NCBI RefSeq assembly: GCF_001457615.1
Contig: NZ_LN831024.1
Location: 600,001 to 632,000, forward strand
Length of the DNA stretch: 32,000 nucleotides
Direction of reading: 5' to 3'
DNA from: Pseudomonas aeruginosa
Lineage (GTDB): Bacteria; Pseudomonadota; Gammaproteobacteria; Pseudomonadales; Pseudomonadaceae
Below are positions 1-9,013 of this stretch, piece by piece. The notes beneath the pieces are model-generated. The model searched no databases and was not told the DNA's origin. It saw nothing but the letters and a program-made list of their open reading frames with translations. The position numbers were made by a program, and so were the translations under genes. Each line of letters opens with the position of its first letter. Positions within the stretch are counted from its first letter, which is position 1.

Positions 1-777
1 GTCGACCTGGTGCTGGAGTGCTCCGGCCAGTACACCAATCGCGCCCAGGCCGAGCGTTTCCTCCGCGCCGGCGCGCCGCGGGTGCTGTTCTCGCAGCCGA
101 TGGCGAGCGAGGCGGACATCGACGCCACCATCGTCTATGGGGTCAACCAGCAGGACCTCAGCGGCCGCGAAACGCTGGTCTCCAACGCCTCCTGCACGAC
201 CAATTGCGGGGTGCCGCTGCTCAAGCTGCTGAACGAGGCGATCGGCCTGGAATACGTGTCGATCACCACCATCCACTCGGCGATGAACGACCAGCCGGTG
301 ATCGACGCCTACCACCATGAGGACCTGCGCCGTACCCGTTCGGCGTTCCAGTCGGTGATCCCGGTGTCCACCGGTCTGGCGCGCGGCATCGAACGCCTGT
401 TGCCGGAACTTGCCGGGCGCATCCAGGCCAAAGCCATACGCGTGCCCACGGTGAACGTCTCGGCGCTGGACATCACCCTGCAGACTTCCCGCGACACCTC
501 CGCCGCCGAGATCAACCGGGTGCTTCGCGAGGCCGCCGAAAGCGGCCCGCTGCGCGGACTGCTGGCTTATACCGAGCTGCCGCACGCCAGTTGCGATTTC
601 AACCACGACCCCCATTCGGCCATCGTCGATGGCAGCCAGACCCGCGTTTCCGGGCCTCGCCTGGTCAACCTGCTGGCCTGGTTCGACAACGAATGGGGAT
701 TCGCCAACCGTATGCTCGACGTCGCCGGACACTACCTGCGCGCCGCCGTGCCTGATCAACAAGTACCCAAGGACTGA
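1..777 (+). CDS. epd: D-erythrose-4-phosphate dehydrogenase (GAPDH superfamily), 5' end cut by the window edge
   Basis: Frame 1 is open from base 1. It carries the NASCTTNC catalytic-Cys motif, [27 protein letters not shown] and [14 protein letters not shown], which resemble Epd more closely than GapA. It lies immediately upstream of pgk, as in the epd-pgk-fba cluster. Confidence 0.9.
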
Positions 778-782
778 TTGTC

Positions 783-1946
783 ATGACCGTGTTGAAGATG
801 ACTGACCTCGACCTCAAAGGTAAGCGCGTGCTGATCCGCGAGGACCTCAACGTGCCCGTGAAGGACGGCCAGGTGCAGAGCGATGCACGGATCAAGGCCG
901 CCCTGCCGACCCTCAAGCTGGCCCTGGAGAAGGGCGCGGCGGTGATGGTCTGCTCGCACCTGGGCCGACCGACCGAGGGCGAGTTCTCCGCCGAGAACAG
1001 CCTGAAGCCGGTGGCCGAGTACCTGTCCAAGGCCCTGGGCCGCGAAGTGCCGCTGCTGGCCGACTACCTCGACGGCGTCGAGGTCAAGGCGGGCGACCTG
1101 GTGCTGTTCGAGAACGTGCGCTTCAACAAGGGCGAGAAGAAGAACGCTGACGAGCTGGCGCAGAAGTACGCTGCGCTGTGCGACGTGTTCGTGATGGATG
1201 CCTTCGGTACCGCCCACCGCGCCGAGGGGTCGACCCACGGCGTGGCCAGGTTCGCCAAGGTCGCCGCCGCCGGCCCGCTGCTGGCCGCCGAACTGGACGC
1301 GCTGGGCAAGGCGCTGGGCAACCCGGCGCGGCCGATGGCGGCGATCGTCGCCGGCTCCAAGGTTTCCACCAAGCTCGACGTGCTGAACAGCCTGGCCGGC
1401 ATCTGCGACCAACTGATCGTCGGCGGCGGCATCGCCAACACCTTCCTCGCCGCGGCCGGACACAAGGTCGGCAAGTCACTGTACGAGGCCGACCTGGTCG
1501 AGACCGCCAAGGCCATCGCCGCCAAGGTCAAGGTGCCGCTGCCGGTGGACGTGGTGGTGGCCAAGGAATTCGCCGAGAGCGCCGTGGCGACCGTCAAGGC
1601 CATCGCCGAGGTCGCCGATGACGACATGATCCTCGACATCGGCCCGCAGACCGCCGCGCAGTTCGCCGAGCTGCTGAAGACCTCGAAGACCATCCTGTGG
1701 AACGGTCCGGTCGGGGTGTTCGAGTTCGACCAGTTCGGCGAGGGCACCCGTACCCTGGCCAATGCCATCGCCGATAGCGCGGCGTTCTCCATCGCCGGCG
1801 GCGGCGATACCCTGGCGGCGATCGACAAGTACGGCATCGCCGAGCGGATCTCCTATATTTCCACCGGTGGCGGCGCGTTCCTTGAGTTCGTCGAGGGCAA
1901 GGTCCTGCCGGCCGTGGAAATCCTGGAGCAGCGCGCCAAGGGCTGA
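783..1946 (+). CDS. pgk: phosphoglycerate kinase
   Basis: 387-aa ORF with [26 protein letters not shown] and [10 protein letters not shown] motifs. AAGGA lies upstream of the ATG, 5 nt after the epd stop. Confidence 0.97.
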
Positions 1947-2018
1947 CGCAGACGGGGCAAACCATTCGCCGTCCTCGGGGGTCACACCTTTGAGGACGAC
2001 GAAAAAAGGAGGTGCCCC

Positions 2019-2219
2019 ATGCGTTCCGTAACCTTGCCACTCCTGATGTTCTGCCTGGGCCTGGCCGCCTGTAGCGGCGATGGCGGTCGACGCCCGAGCA
2101 CCTGCGAGGTGATCAGTCCGCCGGACGTGATGGTGCCGACCGAGCAGAACCGCCAGCGGGTCGAGCAGCAGAGCAGCGGCGATCCGACCGCCGGACAAAA
2201 GCCGGTGGAATGCCCGTAG
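2019..2219 (+). CDS. small lipoprotein (66 aa), function unknown
   Basis: Strong AAGGAGG SD at 2006-2012. The signal peptide MRSVTLPLLMFCLGLAAC ends in a lipobox (LAAC). Confidence 0.7.
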   Translation: MRSVTLPLLMFCLGLAACSGDGGRRPSTCEVISPPDVMVPTEQNRQRVEQQSSGDPTAGQKPVECP

Positions 2220-2378
2220 TGCTTTTCTGCCAGTTTCTACGGAAAGGGCTGGGGATTCGCCAGCGTACGCAGTAGCATTGCGCCTTTCCTGTGACAGGCA
2301 AGGCCAGCCGGCCGCCGCGCGGGCCGCTTGCGGCCCGGCGAGGTGCGGTGGAGCGTTCCGCACGGATGGAGGATGGAC

Positions 2379-2720
2379 ATGAACTACTCGCGTATCGCCC
2401 TGTTCGGCGGCTTCGCCGCCGCGGCGCTGCTGGCCGGCTGCTCCGCTTCCTCCGGCAAGCCGGGCGGCAAGGACTGGACCCGCTGGACCTGCGACAGCAA
2501 GGCGGTGATCGAATGGCGCTATATCGACGGCAGCAAGAACATCGTCGACCTGCGCCTGAAGGACGAGGACGACGTGGTCCACCACTTGGAGCAGGAACCT
2601 GCGGCCGTCGGCGCTTTCTATAGCGACGGACGCCTGGGCTTCCACCTGGAGAACGACGAAGGCCTGGTGTACTGGGTCGAAACCGACGACCTCATCGGTC
2701 GCGGTTGCAAGGCGCGCTGA
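2379..2720 (+). CDS. lipoprotein, possibly with an MliC/PliC-like fold (113 aa)
   Basis: GGAGG lies 6 nt upstream of the ATG at 2379 (alternative ATG at 2373). Signal peptide with lipobox LLAGC. One Cys near the N-terminus (WTCDSK) and one at the extreme C-terminus (GRGCKAR), with a central GAFYSDG. The start is trimmed relative to the track ORF 2328..2720. Confidence 0.7.
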   Translation: MNYSRIALFGGFAAAALLAGCSASSGKPGGKDWTRWTCDSKAVIEWRYIDGSKNIVDLRLKDEDDVVHHLEQEPAAVGAFYSDGRLGFHLENDEGLVYWVETDDLIGRGCKAR

Positions 2721-2839
2721 GTCGCGCCGGCAGGGGCGCGGCGCCGCGACCGCTCCTCGCAAGGAACTTGAACCGGGCCTGCCCCTGCGGCAGGCTTCTG
2801 AATCACTGAACGACCCCGCGATTGGGAGATACGAGAACC

Positions 2840-3904
2840 ATGGCACTCATCAGCATGCGCCAGATGCTGGATCACGCCGCCGAATTCGGCTACGGCGTGC
2901 CGGCCTTCAACGTCAACAACCTCGAGCAGATGCGCGCCATCATGGAAGCGGCGGACAAGACCGATTCGCCCGTGATCGTCCAGGCTTCCGCCGGTGCTCG
3001 CAAATACGCCGGCGCGCCCTTCCTGCGCCACCTGATCCTCGCCGCGATCGAAGAATTCCCGCACATCCCGGTGGTCATGCACCAGGATCACGGCACCAGT
3101 CCCGACGTCTGCCAGCGTTCCATCCAGCTGGGCTTCAGCTCGGTGATGATGGACGGCTCCCTGCGTGAAGACGGCAAGACCCCTGCCGACTACGACTACA
3201 ACGTCCGTGTGACCCAGCAGACCGTGGCGTTCGCCCATGCCTGCGGCGTGTCCGTGGAAGGCGAGCTGGGCTGCCTGGGTTCCCTGGAAACCGGCATGGC
3301 CGGCGAGGAAGACGGCGTCGGCGCGGAAGGCGTGCTGGACCACAGCCAGTTGCTGACCGATCCGGAAGAAGCCGCCGACTTCGTGAAGAAGACCAAGGTC
3401 GACGCCCTGGCCATCGCCATCGGCACCAGCCACGGCGCCTACAAGTTCACCAAGCCGCCGACCGGGGACACCCTGTCGATCCAGCGCATCAAGGAAATCC
3501 ACGCGCGCATCCCGGACACCCACCTGGTGATGCACGGCTCTTCCTCGGTACCGCAGGACTGGCTGGCGATCATCAACGAGTACGGCGGCGAGATCAAAGA
3601 GACCTACGGCGTGCCGGTCGAGGAAATCGTCGAGGGCATCAAGTACGGCGTGCGCAAGGTGAACATCGACACCGACCTGCGCCTGGCCTCCACCGGTGCC
3701 ATCCGCCGCTTCCTGGCGCAGAACCCGAGCGAGTTCGACCCGCGCAAGTACTTCTCCAAGACCGTCGAGGCCATGCGCGACATCTGCATCGCTCGCTACG
3801 AAGCCTTCGGCACCGCCGGCAACGCTTCCAAGATCAAGCCGATCTCCCTGGAAGGCATGTTCCAGCGCTACGCTCGCGGCGAGCTGGATCCGAAGGTCAA
3901 CTAA
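2840..3904 (+). CDS. fba: class II fructose-1,6-bisphosphate aldolase (354 aa)
   Basis: [52 protein letters not shown] and LVMHGSS motifs. The track ORF starts at an upstream TTG; the ATG at 2840 gives the canonical N-terminus. Confidence 0.97.
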   Translation: MALISMRQMLDHAAEFGYGVPAFNVNNLEQMRAIMEAADKTDSPVIVQASAGARKYAGAPFLRHLILAAIEEFPHIPVVMHQDHGTSPDVCQRSIQLGFSSVMMDGSLREDGKTPADYDYNVRVTQQTVAFAHACGVSVEGELGCLGSLETGMAGEEDGVGAEGVLDHSQLLTDPEEAADFVKKTKVDALAIAIGTSHGAYKFTKPPTGDTLSIQRIKEIHARIPDTHLVMHGSSSVPQDWLAIINEYGGEIKETYGVPVEEIVEGIKYGVRKVNIDTDLRLASTGAIRRFLAQNPSEFDPRKYFSKTVEAMRDICIARYEAFGTAGNASKIKPISLEGMFQRYARGELDPKVN

Positions 3905-3922
3905 GCGCCTTCGTTCGAACGG

Positions 3923-3945
3923 GAGCCCCGCTGGTCGGGGCTCTT
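3923..3945 (+). terminator. putative intrinsic terminator after fba
   Basis: GAGCCCCG-ctggt-CGGGGCTC forms a perfect 8-bp GC-rich stem 19 nt after the fba stop. Only a short TT tract follows. Confidence 0.45.
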
Positions 3946-3969
3946 GCACATCCGCCCCGGGGAAATCCG

Positions 3970-4452
3970 ATGCGCCGCTGGCTCCTTACCCTGCCGTTCC
4001 TGCTGCTGGCCGGTTGCGCTGGCCTGCACGCGCCGTCCCGCGACGTCGAGGAGGCCGCGTCGCCGAGCGTAGCGCGCGATCCCGCCGACCCGCAGGATTG
4101 CCTGGCGCGCAGCGACTGCACGACCAAGACTTCGCGCACCCTGCTGTTCGTCTTCGACTATGCAGAGGCCGGCGGCGAACTGGTGGTGCGCGACGGCCGC
4201 CAACTGGAAACCCCGCCGGCGCCGCAACGCTCCACCTGGCCGGCGTTGCGCATCCAGCTGGCCGAGCCGGTCAACGGTCGCTTCGAGTTCGAGAGCCCCT
4301 GCCTGCGCAAGAGCGGCAAGGGTTGCCGCTACAGCCAGGCTATGCTGCTGAAGGTCTACCGCAGCTACCTGGTCGGCAAGCCTTGCTCGCTGCTCAGTCC
4401 TCGCGCAGTGAAACGCTGCGTCGACCCGGCGGCGACCGCCGCGCGGCGCTGA
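3970..4452 (+). CDS. lipoprotein (160 aa), function unknown
   Basis: The N-terminus MRRWLLTLPFLLLAGC carries a lipobox. The mature part is Cys-rich (7 Cys). No family recognised. Confidence 0.75.
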   Translation: MRRWLLTLPFLLLAGCAGLHAPSRDVEEAASPSVARDPADPQDCLARSDCTTKTSRTLLFVFDYAEAGGELVVRDGRQLETPPAPQRSTWPALRIQLAEPVNGRFEFESPCLRKSGKGCRYSQAMLLKVYRSYLVGKPCSLLSPRAVKRCVDPAATAARR

Positions 4453-4453
4453 G

Positions 4454-4879
4454 TCAGGGCTGCAGGTCGAACAGCGCCTTGCCGTCCATGTCGAACGGCG
4501 CCGAGAAATGCTCGTGGATCACCTTCCAGCCGTCGCCGTGCTTGCGGTAGCCGGCGCTGACCCGCATCCACGAGGAGTGCGGCTGGCCGTCCGGGCCGGT
4601 GCCGCCGCAGTGGCAGAGGTAGTGGGCGAAGGCGACCTGCGGGTCGGCATGGATCTGCAGTTCGGCGATATCGAAGGTCATCGGTCCTTTGCACATCTCG
4701 GTGCAGGCCTGCCAGTGCTTCTGGTAGGCGTCGCGCCCCTTGAATTGCAATTGCAGGATGGCGTCGAAGGCGACGATGTCCTCCGCGTAGTACGAGACGA
4801 TGCGCGGAACGTCGCTGGCGCGGACGGCGGCTCGCCAGTCTTCGATCAATTGGCGGATGGCGCTGACTTCGCTGCTCAT
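4454..4879 (-). CDS. NTF2-like / SnoaL-DUF4440 family protein (141 aa)
   Basis: MSSEVSAIRQLIEDWRAAVRASD...YYAEDIVAFD...GWKVIHEHFS matches the ketosteroid-isomerase-like pattern. The start is trimmed to M78 of the track ORF, because the upstream extension is junk-like. Confidence 0.85.
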   Translation of the reverse strand: MSSEVSAIRQLIEDWRAAVRASDVPRIVSYYAEDIVAFDAILQLQFKGRDAYQKHWQACTEMCKGPMTFDIAELQIHADPQVAFAHYLCHCGGTGPDGQPHSSWMRVSAGYRKHGDGWKVIHEHFSAPFDMDGKALFDLQP

Positions 4880-5108
4880 GGCTGACTCCTGGTTGTGGCG
4901 GGGGACGCCGGCGTGTGCCGGGATGCTTTTACCCTGGTCGTCGGGTGGGCCTTCGGATCGACAATAGCCTCTTCCCCGAGAGGTCCACGAAGCCCCTGAC
5001 CAATGGCTGCGAGCCACGCCGCGCAAGGCTTTGAACCGTTCGTCTGGAATTCGTGGGAAAACCGCTGTGCTATACCTCGGGCTTTCCCTGCCGCCCAGGA
5101 GGTCCCTC

Positions 5109-5876
5109 ATGTCGTCCGTACACAGCGCCGCCCAGCAAGGTTTCAGCGCCGAGGCCCAGCGTTACGCCCAGGGCCGGCCCGAGTATCCGGAAGCGCTCTC
5201 CGACTGGTTGCGCGATGCCCTTGGCCTGCGTCCGCAGACCGTCGCGGTGGACCTCGGCGCCGGCACCGGCAAGTTCACCCGCCTGCTGGCCCGTACCGGC
5301 GCGCGAGTGGTCGCGGTGGAACCGGTGGATGCGATGCGCGCCCAGCTTGCCGAAGCCTTGCCGCAGGTCCAGGCGCTGGCCGGTAGCGCCCAGTCGATTC
5401 CGCTGGCCAACGGCTTCGCCGACGCCCTGGTGTGCGCACAGGCCTTCCATTGGTTCGCCACCGTGGAGGCGCTGGAGGAAATGCGCCGCGTGCTGACGGC
5501 GGAAGGCAGGCTGGGGCTGGTGTGGAACGTGCGTGACGAGTCGCTGGATTGGGTCGCCGAGATCACTCGCATCATCACCCCCTACGAAGGCGACGCGCCG
5601 CGCTTCTACAAGGGCGACTGGCGTCGGCCGTTCGAGCGCGCGCCCTTCGGACCGCTGCGCTTGTCCACCTTCGCCTACGAGCATGTCGGCCCGCCGGAGC
5701 AGGTGATCGTCTCGCGCTTCCTTTCGGTGAGCTTCATCGCCGCCTTGCCGGAGACGGAAAAGAACGCCGTGGCGGCGCAATTGCGCGAGCTGGTCGCCAG
5801 CCATCCGGCGCTCAAGGGGAGGGAGCAGGTAGCGCTGCCCTATCGCACCGAGGCCTATCTGGCCGAGGCGCGCTAG
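5109..5876 (+). CDS. class I SAM-dependent methyltransferase (255 aa)
   Basis: AGGAGG at 5097-5102 lies 6 nt before the ATG. Motif I is VDLGAGTGKFT, followed by FADALVCAQAFHWF (Methyltransf_11-like). Confidence 0.9.
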   Translation: MSSVHSAAQQGFSAEAQRYAQGRPEYPEALSDWLRDALGLRPQTVAVDLGAGTGKFTRLLARTGARVVAVEPVDAMRAQLAEALPQVQALAGSAQSIPLANGFADALVCAQAFHWFATVEALEEMRRVLTAEGRLGLVWNVRDESLDWVAEITRIITPYEGDAPRFYKGDWRRPFERAPFGPLRLSTFAYEHVGPPEQVIVSRFLSVSFIAALPETEKNAVAAQLRELVASHPALKGREQVALPYRTEAYLAEAR

Positions 5877-7051
5877 GCGTACTGCCCCGCCGCATAACCC
5901 GAGGCCCAGGCCCACTGGAAGTTGAAGCCGCCGAGGTGGCCGCTGACGTCCAGTACTTCGCCGACGAAATACAGCCCCGGCGAGCGCTGCGACTCCATGG
6001 TCTTCGACGACACTTCGTCGGTGCTCACCCCGCCCAGGGTCACTTCCGCGGTGCGGTAGCCCTCGGTGCCCGAGGGCGTGACCCGCCAGGCCGAAAGCTG
6101 CCCGGCGATACCCGCCAGTTCGGCCGGGGTGTACTGCTTCATCGGCTTGGAGACGAACCAGCGGTCGGCCAGCAGTCCGGCGAGCTTCTTGGTGAATAGC
6201 TCGGCGAGCAAAGTCTTCAGCTCGCTGTTGGGACGCTCGCGCTGTTGCTGCGCCAGCCATTCGTTGGCGTCGTGGTCCGGCAGCAGGTCGATTTCCAGGG
6301 TATCGCCCGGTTGCCAGTAGGAGGAAATCTGCAACATCGCCGGGCCGCTGAGGCCGCGATGGGTGAACAGCAGGTTCTCGCGGAACGCCTGGCCGTTGCA
6401 GCTCACCCGGCAATCCACGGAGGTGCCGGAAAGCTCGGCACACAGCTCCTTCAACTGGTCGGTGATGGTGAACGGCACCAGCCCGGCGCGGGTCGGCAGC
6501 ACCTCGTGGCCGAACTGGCGCGCCACCTGGTAGCCGAAACCGCTGGCGCCGAGGGTCGGGATCGACAGGCCGCCGCTGGCGATCACCAGCGACTCGCAGC
6601 GCATCTCGCCGGCGCTGGTACGCAGGCGGTAGCCGGCGTCGTCGCGGGCGATCTCTTCGATCGAGGTGTCCAGCAGGATTTCCGCTCCGGCCTCGGCGCA
6701 TTCGCGCAGCAGCATCTCGAGGATGTCGCTGGACTTGTTGTCGCAGAACAGCTGGCCGAGTTTCTTCTCGTGGTACGGCACCTGGTGCTTGGCCACCAGG
6801 CCGATGAAGTCCCACTGGGTGTAGCGGGCCAGCGCCGACTTGCAGAAGTGCGGGTTGCGCGAAAGGAAGTTGGCCGGCTCGGTGTACAGGTTGGTGAAAT
6901 TGCAGCGCCCGCCGCCGGACATGAGGATCTTCTTGCCGGCCTTGTTGGCGTGGTCGAGTACCCGCACGCGGCGCCCGCGCCCGGCCGCCGTCATCGCACA
7001 CATCAGCCCGGCCGCCCCGGCGCCAACGATCAGCACATCTGTACTTGCCAC
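5873..7051 (-). CDS. NAD(P)/FAD-dependent oxidoreductase, HI0933/YhiN (BaiN-like) family
   Basis: DVLIVGAGAAGLMCA Rossmann motif and SGGGRCNFTN hallmark, with a C-terminal VGEVLDVSGHLGGFNFQWAWASG. The start is ambiguous: GTG at 7051 has GGAG 7 nt upstream, while ATG at 7084 has no clear SD. The track start at 7177 is unlikely. Confidence 0.88.
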   Translation of the reverse strand: MASTDVLIVGAGAAGLMCAMTAAGRGRRVRVLDHANKAGKKILMSGGGRCNFTNLYTEPANFLSRNPHFCKSALARYTQWDFIGLVAKHQVPYHEKKLGQLFCDNKSSDILEMLLRECAEAGAEILLDTSIEEIARDDAGYRLRTSAGEMRCESLVIASGGLSIPTLGASGFGYQVARQFGHEVLPTRAGLVPFTITDQLKELCAELSGTSVDCRVSCNGQAFRENLLFTHRGLSGPAMLQISSYWQPGDTLEIDLLPDHDANEWLAQQQRERPNSELKTLLAELFTKKLAGLLADRWFVSKPMKQYTPAELAGIAGQLSAWRVTPSGTEGYRTAEVTLGGVSTDEVSSKTMESQRSPGLYFVGEVLDVSGHLGGFNFQWAWASGYAAGQYA

Positions 7052-7163
7052 TGTCCCACTCCGCTCATCGGAAACGGCGCGCATATTACCCGAAGCGGCG
7101 GTCGGCCGCCGGAGCTCCCGACGCGGTACACTGGGCGTTTTCCGCGAACCGCCGGACCCGTGC

Positions 7164-7651
7164 ATGATCCCCCTCAAGTACCTCCAGGCCTATCCCGCAT
7201 CGCTGCAGGACCAGGTCCGCCAGCTGATCGCCGAGAACCGCCTGGGCGAGTACCTCGAGCGCCGCTACCCGGGGCGTCACGATGTGCAGAGTGACAAGGC
7301 GCTGTACGCCTACACCATGAACCTCAAGCAGGAACACCTGCGCAACGCGCCGGGCCTGGACAAGGTGCTCTACGACAACAAGCTCGACGTGGTCCAGCGT
7401 GCCCTCGGCCTGCACACCGCGATCTCGCGGGTGCAGGGCGGCAAGCTCAAGGCGAAGAAGGAAATCCGCGTGGCGTCCCTGTTCAAGGACGCCGCCCGGA
7501 GTTCCTGCGGATGATCGTCGTCCACGAACTCGCCCACCTGAAGGAAAGCGAGCACAACAAGGCGTTCTACCAGCTCTGCCAGTACATGCTGCCGGACTAT
7601 CACCAGTTGGAGTTCGACCTGCGGGTGTACCTGACCTGGAAGAGTCTCTGA
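7164..7651 (+). pseudogene. DUF45/YgjP-type (M48-like) HExxH metallopeptidase, interrupted by a 1-nt frameshift near 7495-7497
   Basis: Frame A (7164..7514) ends ...SLFKDAARSSCG*. The -1 frame continues ...(P)EFLRMIVVHELAHLKESEHNKAFYQLCQYMLPDYHQLEFDLRVYLTWKSL* and stops at 7649-7651. HELAH (7523..7537) therefore sits in the downstream 46-codon piece. One extra C in the CCC run would give a continuous DAAPEFLRMIVVHELAH. Confidence 0.75.
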
Positions 7652-7658
7652 CGCCCGG

Positions 7659-8354
7659 TTACGGCGTTCCCAGCGTCACTCGGCTCTCGCGGCGCAGGCG
7701 CGCCACGGTCTCCGGCAGTTCGCGCATGTGCTCGACGATGGCGATGGCGCCCAGCTCGCGCAGTACCTCGGCGTGCCCGGCGGGAATGTGCCCGGCGCCG
7801 ACGAAGCCGATCACCCGCATCCCCGCGGCGAGGGCGGCGCGGGTGCCGGTGCTGCTGTCTTCCACCACCAGGCAACGCTCGGGGGCGACGCCGAGCAGGC
7901 TGGCGGCGTGCAGGTAGACGTCGGGTGCGGGCTTGGGCAGGGCGACCATATCGGCGCTGGCCAGGCGTTCGCCGATCAGTTCGCTGAGCCCGGCGCGCGC
8001 CAGCGAGCGCTCCAGGCTGTGGCGGCGGCTGTTGGAGGCCACCGCGACGGGCAGGTCCAGGGCCAGCAGCGCCTCGCGTGCGCCGGGAATGGGTTGGACC
8101 TGGGCGACCATCTCCTCGCTGCGCTGGCGCACCTCGCGGTTGAAGCTGTCGGGGATGCGCAGGCCGAAGTGCTTCTCGACGCGATCGAGGATGTCGCGGC
8201 TGGTCAGGCCGAAGGTGCCTTCCAGCAGGCGCTGCAGCTCCTCCAGCGGCGCGTAGGCGCTGAGCGCCTCGTACATCACGCGCTCGGCGATGACCTCGCT
8301 GTCGACCAGGACGCCGTCGCAGTCGGAAATCAGTGCGTCGATGGGGTGGGGCAT
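7659..8354 (-). CDS. HAD-superfamily hydrolase (beta-phosphoglucomutase-like phosphatase subfamily)
   Basis: ISDCDGVLVDSE (motif I, DxDG), VASNS (motif II) and VVEDSSTG (motif IV-like). 231 aa. Confidence 0.9.
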   Translation of the reverse strand: MPHPIDALISDCDGVLVDSEVIAERVMYEALSAYAPLEELQRLLEGTFGLTSRDILDRVEKHFGLRIPDSFNREVRQRSEEMVAQVQPIPGAREALLALDLPVAVASNSRRHSLERSLARAGLSELIGERLASADMVALPKPAPDVYLHAASLLGVAPERCLVVEDSSTGTRAALAAGMRVIGFVGAGHIPAGHAEVLRELGAIAIVEHMRELPETVARLRRESRVTLGTP

Positions 8355-8482
8355 GGGCTACCTCGCTGCGGGCGTTGGCGCAGGGCGCCGGAGTGGGAGC
8401 GAGGCATTCTAACCCCGGTCAGGGGCGGGAAGGGAAACAGGGAGAGGGAGAACGCCGGGCCGTGCGGCCCGGCGGGAAGGAA

Positions 8483-8836
8483 TCAGGCGATGCCCTTCGG
8501 GTTCTGGCCGTACTGGTTCTGGCCGGCGTCGCTGTCCTTGGCCAGCAGGTAGATCAGGTACAGGCCGACGATCGGGATCAGCGCGATCAGCATCCACCAG
8601 CCGCTCTTGTTGATGTCGTGCAGACGCCGGGCGGTGACGCCCAGGGCCGGCAGCAGCACGGCGAGCGAGTAGAGATTGGCGATCGGCAGGAGCTTTTCAC
8701 TGATCAGGCCGAGCACGACGCTCAGCGCGACGGAGATGATGATGTTCACCAGGGTGAACATCCAGTATTCCTTGCGACGGGCACGCCCGTTGAAGTCGAA
8801 GTAGTGTTCCTTCACGCATTTCAGAAACCATTCCAT
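8483..8836 (-). CDS. DUF805 (YhaH/YhaI-like) inner-membrane protein (117 aa)
   Basis: F.GRARRKEYWMF, three hydrophobic helices and TARRLHDINKSGWW, the DUF805 signature. AGGAGG lies 6 nt before the ATG at 8836, so the start is trimmed from the track ORF. Confidence 0.88.
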   Translation of the reverse strand: MEWFLKCVKEHYFDFNGRARRKEYWMFTLVNIIISVALSVVLGLISEKLLPIANLYSLAVLLPALGVTARRLHDINKSGWWMLIALIPIVGLYLIYLLAKDSDAGQNQYGQNPKGIA

Positions 8837-9013
8837 GTTTGCCTCCTGGGCGTACTGGTAAAGCGGGAGAGTGGGTGCCGCGACAAGTACCCCCGCGCCT
8901 CCTTGCCGGGAAAGCACAGTGTAGCCGTACTGTCAGTGAATTCGTACAGGATGTTGCGAAAATCATTCACATTGCATAGCAGCGGATCGCCGAAATGTGC
9001 GCCGGTAGCGCTT

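Noticed and set aside
5873-5876. Convergent genes sharing overlapping stop codons (CTAG; methyltransferase TAG and oxidoreductase TAG on opposite strands). Similar convergent overlaps occur at 10371-10381 and 30281-30308.
   Set aside because: Short convergent 3' overlaps are common in compact high-GC genomes, and nothing suggests a regulatory function beyond possible transcriptional interference.
7480-7515. Programmed -1 ribosomal frameshift or transcriptional slippage as an explanation for the split DUF45 peptidase.
   Set aside because: There is no X-XXY-YYZ slippery heptamer, the homopolymer is only CCC, and I could see no obvious downstream stimulatory structure. A simple 1-nt deletion or a sequencing error is more parsimonious. 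It is kept as a pseudogene finding rather than a recoding claim.
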